From Leucoraja erinacea (taxonomy: Eukaryota): 64,000 bases of DNA. The stretch's first letter is position 1. Every line of letters begins with the position of its first letter. The translations under genes and the position numbers were made by a program. Positions 55,901-64,000 of this stretch are shown in pieces. The notes below the pieces were generated by a model. It was not told the origin of the DNA and made no database searches. It worked only from the letters and a program-made list of their open reading frames with translations. The DNA lies in NCBI RefSeq assembly GCF_028641065.1, contig NC_073386.1, positions 16,864,001 to 16,928,000 on the forward strand, given 5' to 3'.

Positions 55901-58900
55901 GTCTCTGGCGCTGCGCCATCGTGGCGCCCGTGTAGGAAGCAAATGCAGATGTTGGTTTCTACCGAAGATAGACACAAAATTTGAGTAACTCAATGGATTT
56001 CTGGAGAAAGCAATAGGTGACGTTTTGGGTCGGAACCCTTCTTCTGAATTGTTGACATGGTGCTTTTCTCTCGAGCTATTGTTTGACCTGGAGTCTAATT
56101 CCAGCATCTGCAGTTTGTTACTTTCGTAATAGAATAATGGTAGTTTTCTATTTATTCTAGGTCAGCAGAAAAAAAGACAAAGATTTCATTCCACTTGGCA
56201 GTACTAGGGAAGAAGAAGACATGTCATGTATATTTAAGAGGGAGTTAGATGTGGCCCTTGTGGCTAAGGGGGTCAGGGGGTATGGAGAGAAGGCAGGTAC
56301 GGGATACTGAGTTGGATGATCAGCCATGATCATATTGAATGGCGGTGTAGGCTCGAAGGTGCCGAATGGCCTACTCCTGCACCTAATTTCTATGTTTCCC
56401 TACCTCCATCCCAAAGAGGCCAGTGAAGTTTCACCCCACTCCAAGGGAGCAAAAGGGGGAGGGGTCATCGATGGGGGAGGGGGGGGGGGATGTTAGACAA
56501 AATAAATCTTTCATAGGCTGAGGTCACAGTAGATACGATGATGAATATCAGAGATTGCCTGGTTCAAGGACAGAGAGTGAGAATAAAAGGAAATTAGTTT
56601 TAAAATCTAAAATGCGGGCCTGGAAGTCATGCCCATATCCTGTGATAATGCGAGCAAAAAAGGGAGCCATGTCATCGATGGATAACTTGCAGCAGTAGTG
56701 GTCTGTTCTGGTACAGATAGAATACTTTCTAAAGTTATAGAATTTGAAATTAATTCCATTTAGCAAGAATATACCCAGATGGAAGAACAGGTACTGCTCC
56801 TCCAATAGGCATTGGGCATTGTGTAAATGCATTTCCAGCGTTCTCAGGTTCATACGGTACGGAAACAGACTCTTCGGCACAATCCATCCATGATGCCCAC
56901 CTAAAATAATCACATCTTCTCGCATTTGGCCCATATCCCTTTAAATATTTCCTATCCGTGGACGTCTCTTTAAAGTACTTTTACTGTAACTGCCTCAACT
57001 ACTTATTCTGGCAGCTCATTCCATATACCCATCACCCTCAGTGAAAAAGTTGCTCTGAGGTTCGCATTAAACCTTACCGCTCTCACCTTAAACCTGTCCT
57101 CTGGTTCTTAATCCTACTACTCGGAGCAAAATATTGTGCATTCACCCTATCTATTCCCCGCATGATTTTATACACCTCTATAAGATCCCTCTCATCCTTC
57201 TGCGCTCCAAGGAATAAAGTCCTAGTCTGCCCAACCTCTCCCAATAGCTCAGGCTCTCAAGTCCTGGCAACATCCTTGTAAATTGTCTCTGCATTCTTTA
57301 GCTTAATGACATCCTTCCAATAGCAGGCTGAATACAGTGCTCCTCAATACATCTCCATTTAACTGTTAGTTCACGTTGTTTCAAATATATTTGTTGCAAA
57401 GTAGTCTGATACCAATTCAGAGCATAAAATAAGAATAAAGATAGCAAGATACCAGTAGTTGCAGGTTATCAATAACTTCCCAGGATATATTACCTCCAAT
57501 GTAGCAAAACACCCTAAGTTGTGTAATAGAGATGTTAGTGAAGATTAAAATTAACTAAATAATGCAAGGAGCATTAGGGCACATCAACGTTTGCTCAGTG
57601 GTAGATTTTAAGTAGAACCTTACAAAAAGGTGGGGTGTAAAGCAGATGCTTTTGGAGAACATTCTAGAGCTTAAAGACATGCCAGGTGAAGGGACATTAC
57701 TGTTGGAGCAAATAAAACCAGATTTCAGCAGCAGCCAAAATTTAGCAGAATGCCAACAATCCTATAGCATTAGTGATCTGGGGAAATTCGGACAATGAGG
57801 AGTAGTTAGCTACAGGAGCATCTGAAAGTGATTTTTTAAATTCTGGAGATGCTATTTAAATGGGAACTACGGTGTCTCAGCAAACATACAGGTGGTTGAA
57901 GGGTGCCAGCTCAAGAACAGCAGAATCTCGATACCACATGCACCAACGCGATCAATAACGAGAAAACTTAATTTCAAGTTGTTGCTCATTTATCCGAGAA
58001 CATTTTAAAAAAAAAATCAACATAGCAATAAAGTATAAGCCAACAGGAATATTTGACTATACTGAATCATTTTCTCCCTCTCAATCATACTTAGACAAGA
58101 GATAATTTTGAATCCTATTATCAAAAAGACAATGGCATCAATTAAAAAAAAAAAAAATCAAAATTAATCTTACGCTTAATAAATACTTACTGGGTATCTT
58201 CGTGAAAGGCTGAGATGAAGTCCATTTGTTCATGCTCAGGATATAGGAACAATACAGGCCAATGCAAGCTGCCATTTTCATCCAGGTGTACTACATGACT
58301 TTCAGCATTCACTCCATTAAACAATGTCCTTACTATGTTATTGTCCTTCTTTCCATCATTTTCATCATCAGAGCTTTGACTGGACAGCTCTGGAGGCTCA
58401 AATAATTTGATCTTTCTTTCCTAAAGGACCATAAAGAAATCAACTGAAGCACAAAAAAATATAGAAAATGCACGAACATGCCACTATCTCCACGTATCAA
58501 CATTAGAGGCTATGGTATTAACTAGACTATACCAAGAACTTGGGACTGGGAAGCACTCGGCAATCCACTTTGAAGAGGCACACAGTACTTTCTTTAATTG
58601 AGTGTGATAAATGATTCCACAATATCCAACTCAAGATTTTAGTTTAAATTAAAAGTAATTTATTTATTTATTTAATCAGTCACCACACACCATTGCCAAT
58701 TCAAAGGATCGGATACCTGAATTGTGTGAAACTTGCATTTAATTTCAAACATGCCATTCTTCCTACCCCTCCACCCACAACCCTCTCCCACCACTTTCCC
58801 TACCTGGATGGCTTTCAGTAATGCCTCTGCTTGCACCCTTTGCTTCTTATCACTCAATGTTGCCTTCCTTCGATTACGCTCTTCAACCCGCTATCAAAAA

Positions 58901-61900
58901 GAATATAGAGTGATTCAACAACAGAAGCCATAAACAGTCAGGAACTCATCTGTCCACTGGGTTTAACATCAATTCAAAATTGTGGTTTAAAGTCATCTGG
59001 TCTTGGCCCTGCTGTGGAGATTTTTTGTATATTGGGCATTTGAGAGTCTGCATACGTTGCCACAAGCATTCTTACACTATAAAGACATGTTAGAACTTTA
59101 CCAGTTTCATCAGCAAGCACTTTCCATATCGGCAAGCTCTTTGCTGCCCTGGAGAAGCACACCGACCATCTCTGGTAACCATAGAGTAATGTACGATACG
59201 GTGACTACATCTCCTGCATTCGGAGCCACTCGATAACAGTCTCTCTTAGAGTCACTTTATAACACACAACCCCCTCCCCAGGTACGTTCCCCTGCAACAC
59301 CTGTCCTGTAACCTCTCCCCTCGACTCAATCCGAGGACCCCAACAGTATTTTCAGGTGAGCCAAAGGTTCACTTGCACCTCCTCCAACCTCATCTATTGT
59401 ATCCGTTGTTCCAGGTGTAAACTCCTATACATCGGCGAGACCAATCTCAGGCTCGGCGATCGTTTCGATGAACACCTCCGCTCAGTCCGCCTTAACCTAC
59501 CAGATCTCCCGGTTGCTCAGCACTCCCTCTCCAATTCCCAATCGGACCTTTCTGTTCTGGGCCTCCTCCATTGTCAGAGAGAGGCCCAGTGCAAATTGGA
59601 GGAACAGCACCTCATATTTCGCTTCGGCAGCTAACAACCCAGCAGTGTGAACGTTGACTTCTCCAACTTCAACTAGCCCTTGCTTTCCTTCACTCTCCAT
59701 TCCCTCCCCCTTTCTCCCACCAGTCTTACTGTCTCCGACTACATTCTATCTCTGTCCTGCCCACTGCCCTGACATCAGTCTGAAGAAAGGTCTCGACCCA
59801 AAACATCACCCATTCCTTCTCTCCAGAGAAGCTGCCTGTCCCGCAGAGGTACTCCAGCAGTTTGTGTCTACCTACAATTTAAAGCAGCATCTGCAGTTCT
59901 TTCCTACAAATAACTATACCTTCTGCTTATCAGTTTTGGCTCTCAGTTCAAGGAGTTGTTTTTCTTTTGGTTCAATCTGGAGGCCCTCATCACACCATGA
60001 TACTGCACTGCTGGAATCCTTCAGTTCAATGTGGCACAGGACACCTGTCAACATCACAAGCTAAATTTAAGATACCAGAGCAAATGCCAAAGAAGAAACA
60101 ATTATGCAAAAAAAATATATTCATCAATTTAAGAAATCACAGTGAAACATTACGAAATCAAAGAAAGTTCCTTAATTATTGTTCCTTTTGTAATTATCAA
60201 TGTGCAACTATCAGCTATTGACCAGAATAAATAGTTCTGGAGCAAGTAGCGATTCTTAGAATTGTTCTATTAAAACAATGAACAACAAAAAGATTGGGAA
60301 TGGGTGGAACTCAATCAGCAAGCACAGCTCTGAATGATTTTGTATAGCACTGGTGTATCTAAATATTAATGACGAAAGCCTCAATTCACTTTTTGGCTAT
60401 AACTTTCTGCAGAAACAAATAGGAGGGGTGCGATTAAAATAGAGAGGGAGCAGGAAAGACTCACACATAAAATTGTTGCCTGGATTGGATGGTTTTAGTT
60501 AGAGAGAGATTGGATTGGCTGGGTTTGTTTCTCCTGGAGTGAAGCCAGTTGAGTGATGACTTTTCAGAGGTTTATAAAATGACAAAGGGCAGAGACAGAC
60601 AAATTATTAATGAGTATTTAAGGACAATACTCGAGTTATATTGTGCTATTGTGGAATTTGTGTTCCTTCTTCTGGTTCTCTGCTTATGGAGTTCCAAATG
60701 TCTTTTCTGTTTCTCAAGAATAAAAAAACCCCGGGAATAGGTTCCCATTAATAAAGACTAAACGGGAGGAAGGACACGAACACAAAAGCTGTTTTGGAGA
60801 CAGTGCATTTGCAGCTCCTACCTCTGATTATTGCTTTCAGATGATTTGGTTTCAATTTTCGAGCTGCAATCACATCATTTAATGCTGATCGATTATTACC
60901 TAGAGACAGAATATCAAATCCAATAGTTAGCACACTCATTTTACTTTTGCATTCTTCACATTTTCTATCCTTAACAATTACCTGCCATTACCTTGGTGCA
61001 ATGCCATAAGCCGGAGCGGCACGGTGGCACAGCAGGAGAGTTGCTGTCTTACACGCTTGCAACGTCAGAGACCCGGGTTCGATCCTGTACTACGGGTACT
61101 GTCTGTACAGAGTTTGTACGTTCTCCCCGTGACCGCGTGTGTTTTCTCCGAGATTTTCGGTTTCCTCCCACACTCCAAAGACGTACAGGTTTGTAGGTTC
61201 ATTGGCTACAAAAATTGTCTCTAGTGTGTGTAGATAGTGTTATCGTTGGTCAGTGTGGACTCGGTGGGCCGATGGGCCTGTTTCCACGCTGTATCTCTAA
61301 ACTAAACTGAACGGTGGGCCTTATGGAAGATAGCATATTACACATTTCCCCTCAGCTGTGCCTTCTAATTTACGAGACGTTACAGCTTTGAGAGCTTGTT
61401 GCACTTAAATATACTGCCTCACCTCAGCAAACAATCAACTGTGTTGCAGAACAATTCCACTAAACACAATATATACTCACTATTTTCCAAGTAAGATTGG
61501 CTTTATGAAAAGATGGGGGAACACATTGTCTGTGTGGGCTGGTTGTGTTGCAACTATTTTCTTATTTTCAAGGGTTTAATCATGAAAGCCAAAAAACAGT
61601 AATTAATTTTAAATTGCAAACTCCTGTTGACAAAGGAACACAATTCAGCCCCAAACAAATCCACAAACTAAATTTTAATCATATTACTCTGATCCAAATT
61701 CAATTCTAAATCTCACCTGATTTTTTGAACAAACCATAAATCCCAGTCCCACCCATCCACCAACTTGTTAAATACCAGAAAGTTATACCTAAATAAAATT
61801 GTGCTGCAGCTCTGTTTGTATAGAGTATGACGGTTAGCTCTGTGTCGGAGCATTTCCTCCTCAGACCCTCTGTGTAAGAGACGACTGCCCTCTTGTAATT

Positions 61901-62355
61901 CTTTTCCTTAAAATATTCGTTTCCTTCATTCTTGTATGTTTTTGCAAGCTCTGTAAATTGTAAGGTAGAAGCACATTACAATCAGTAAATATATAAAAAC
62001 TCGCAATCACACCAATTAAGTGAAAGTTTAGGTTTATTTTTTCACCTGCACCAGCTGTGGCTGAAAGTGCAGTTTAAATCATTTTACCAGCTTTGTATAT
62101 AAAACACAAAAACCCTGCCATTGATAGATAACTTTTTTGGGACATAACATTTTCTCTGAGGAAGGAATCTGACAATTGTCTACAATGCTGAAGTTTTAAA
62201 TTTAGAGTAAGATTTGCTTTAATTATTTTTCTTGTACCTTCTGGAGATTGATTCTCATCGTATAACATGGACTGGATGCAGGCAACTTCTGGGTGCTCCA
62301 TTGGATCAAGGTCTTCTGGTGCCTTTTTCATGAACATTGGAATTTTATCAAACTC
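52982..62355 (-). CDS. TTC4: Tetratricopeptide repeat protein 4 (Hsp70/Hsp90 co-chaperone), exons 2-10; exon 1 outside the window
   Basis: Exons (minus): 62355-62238 (EFDKIPMFMKKAP), 61950-61789 (AKTYKNEGNEYFKEKNYKRAV...LYTNRAAAQFYL, TPR), 60899-60822, 60044-59920, 58890-58804, 58420-58191 (WPVLFLYPEH...DFISAFHED), 55568-55484, 54261-54179, 53081-52982 (stop). All GT-AG with consistent phases. Confidence 0.95.
53670..54000 (-). mobile_element. CR1-clade LINE 3' fragment in TTC4 intron 9
   Basis: LFPLRIGKIQTKGH...[13 protein letters not shown]; same subfamily as 35575-36085. Confidence 0.85.
54835..55240. mobile_element. Degenerate Tc1/mariner (pogo/Tigger-like) MITE
   Basis: TA-flanked imperfect TIRs tacgtgtctagaaccgattttcc / gaaaatcactggtagacctgta. 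Confidence 0.5.
59263..59908 (+). mobile_element. Penelope-like element 3' remnant (GIY-YIG endonuclease end plus pseudo-LTR)
   Basis: FTCTSSNLIYCIRCSRCKLLYIGETNLRLGDRFDEHLRSV...LEEQHLIFRFG, followed by the ctgaaga...aaacatcacc terminal repeat. Confidence 0.88.
61015..61310 (+). mobile_element. tRNA-derived V-SINE (HE1-like); other copies at 31250-31570, 55680-55930, 63070-63245, 63280-63420 (all -)
   Basis: A box (tggcacagcagg), B box (ggttcgatcc), central domain gagtttgtacgttctccccgtgac...cctcccacactccaaagacgt, taaac repeat tail. Confidence 0.85.
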
Positions 62356-63776
62356 CTTGACAGGAAAAACAAAAAGACACATTGTTAGCTTTAAAAAAAA
62401 TCCCTTTCTGCCTTTAATTTCATCCTTCTGATATTCTTCTCTAGCTCCTGGTCGCTACTCAACAAGAAAGGAGTAAATGGCTCTAATTGATCACAATTTG
62501 CAAATAATCTACAAATTTAGCTCTATTCACAAGCCAAGAGGAAACCCTTTTTGAACTAAAAGTTTCATATTTTATCGGACGTGACATAATGGTGGGTGTT
62601 TTACCACATGTGAAGGAAGCTGCCTTATCTTTTGTTAAAGGATTAACATGAAGACCAATTCTCTGGCAAATGGTGCTGTGTTTGGCTTTGTAAAAGCGTT
62701 TTATCTGGATGCACAAAGAATGTCATGGAGATATGCAGCATGGAAACAAACTCTTATATTCACCAAGATAAACACAAAATGCTGGAGTAACCCAGTGGGC
62801 CAGGCAGCATCTCTGGAGAGATCCCATTCCTTCTCTCCAGAGATGCTGCCCGACCCGCTGAGTTACTCCAGCATTTTGTGTCTACCTTCGATTTAAACCA
62901 ACATCTGTAGTTCTTTCCTACTTATATTCACCAATTCTCTACCCGTTACACGAATCCCACATTAATCCACATTTTAAAATTCTCTCTACATTCCTTCTGA
63001 ACCTTCTGAATTTTGTAGTCGGCAGGGCAGTACTCTGCATATCGCCAACTTGGACAATTTACATTTTTATCAAGCCAATTAACCTACAAACCTGTACGTC
63101 TTTGGAGTGTGGGAGGAAAACGACGATCTCGGAGCAAACCCACGCAGATCACGGGGAGAACGTACAAACTCCATACAGATAGTACCCATAGTCGGGATCG
63201 AACCCAGCTGCATTTTGCTGTAAGGCAGCAACTCTACCGCTGTGACATTCTCATCAACTTCCTCCGCCAGACATACGAAGGCCAATTAACCTACCAACCC
63301 GCACACCTTTGAAATACGGAAGAAAATCAGAGCACCCAGGGCAAACGCCACATGGTGAGGACCCGAGGTCAGGGTTGGACCAGGTTCTCTAGCATTTGAG
63401 GCAGTGGTTTCTCCTGCTGTGTCAGATAATATTTTGCAAGACAAACAAAGTTGTGGCACAAACAAGGATAAGTGGGATTAATTTAAAAAATACTGGCCTG
63501 GATTATACAGAGTTGCTGCTGGCAGTTGTTTAGTGATGAGTGAGGGCACTTCTGATTTCTACACTTGGACATTACAATGATTAAGGAACACTATAGATTA
63601 AACGTCTTTGATTGATTGAAAGATACGGAATGGAAACGCACTCCTCGGTCCACTGAGACATGCCTGCAATCAATCACCAGTTTATACTAGTTATGCTGGT
63701 TTATACCTAAGATAGACACTGGTGTACTCCAGCACTCTGTGTCTATCTCTGTTATTATAGGTGGCAATATGCGGTG

Positions 63777-63812
63777 CAAAGATACTAGAGGAGCGCTCCT
63801 CTAGTATATTTG
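63777..63812. mobile_element. 36-bp palindromic mini-element in TTC4 intron 1 with 8-bp TSD
   Basis: CAAAGATACTAGAGGAGC|GCTCCTCTAGTATATTTG flanked by ATGCGGTG / ATGCAGAG; empty site present in the inverted paralogous segment 62997-63047. Confidence 0.8.
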
Positions 63813-64000
63813 ATGCAGAGTACTGTCCTGCCGACTACAAATTCAGAAGGGTCAGGTATCTTTACATCTTAACTTTTCAGGAAGGCTCAGACTTCGGCAA
63901 CATTTCGTCACAATATACCGCCCGATACAACATATCTGACAATTGAAAAATCACAAGCTGCCTGCATTTGCAAATCATGCAGTCGTAAACTGTTAAGAGG

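Noticed and set aside
56538-56544. ATGATGA box C-like motif in the duplicated block (also 51980-51986)
   Set aside because: Antisense to the TTC4 host transcript, with no conserved CTGA box D or terminal stem in both copies; not called a snoRNA.
61015-61090. tRNA-like sequence
   Set aside because: Head of a V-SINE; no complete cloverleaf.

Overview
Vertebrate genomic DNA, by its repeat content most likely a cartilaginous fish such as a skate or ray (inference). Five spliced protein-coding genes can be rebuilt exon by exon with consistent reading phases: NSUN4 (-, 6 exons, 430 aa), UQCRH (-, 4 exons, 88 aa), PIGB (-, 12 exons, 534 aa), a TMEM205-family gene (+, 3 coding exons, 188 aa, head-to-head with PIGB) and TTC4 (-, exons 2-10; exon 1 lies beyond the window). 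Introns and intergenic DNA are full of transposable elements: CR1, Rex/Babar and L1 LINE fragments, tRNA-derived V-SINEs, Penelope-like GIY-YIG remnants, several MITEs, and a very young internally deleted Gypsy LTR element just upstream of UQCRH. Main observations: (1) PIGB intron 2 is a minor-spliceosome (U12) intron that stays in frame only with AT-AA ends, while an out-of-frame AG sits one base further on; (2) 36-38 bp palindromic insertions with 8-bp target duplications, one backed by an empty-site copy inside the window, recur near gene 5' ends; (3) about a dozen minimal hammerhead-ribozyme motifs sit in Penelope-derived repeats; (4) the LTR element has a duplicated PPT/LTR start. Gene identities come from recalled protein similarity; no searches were run.
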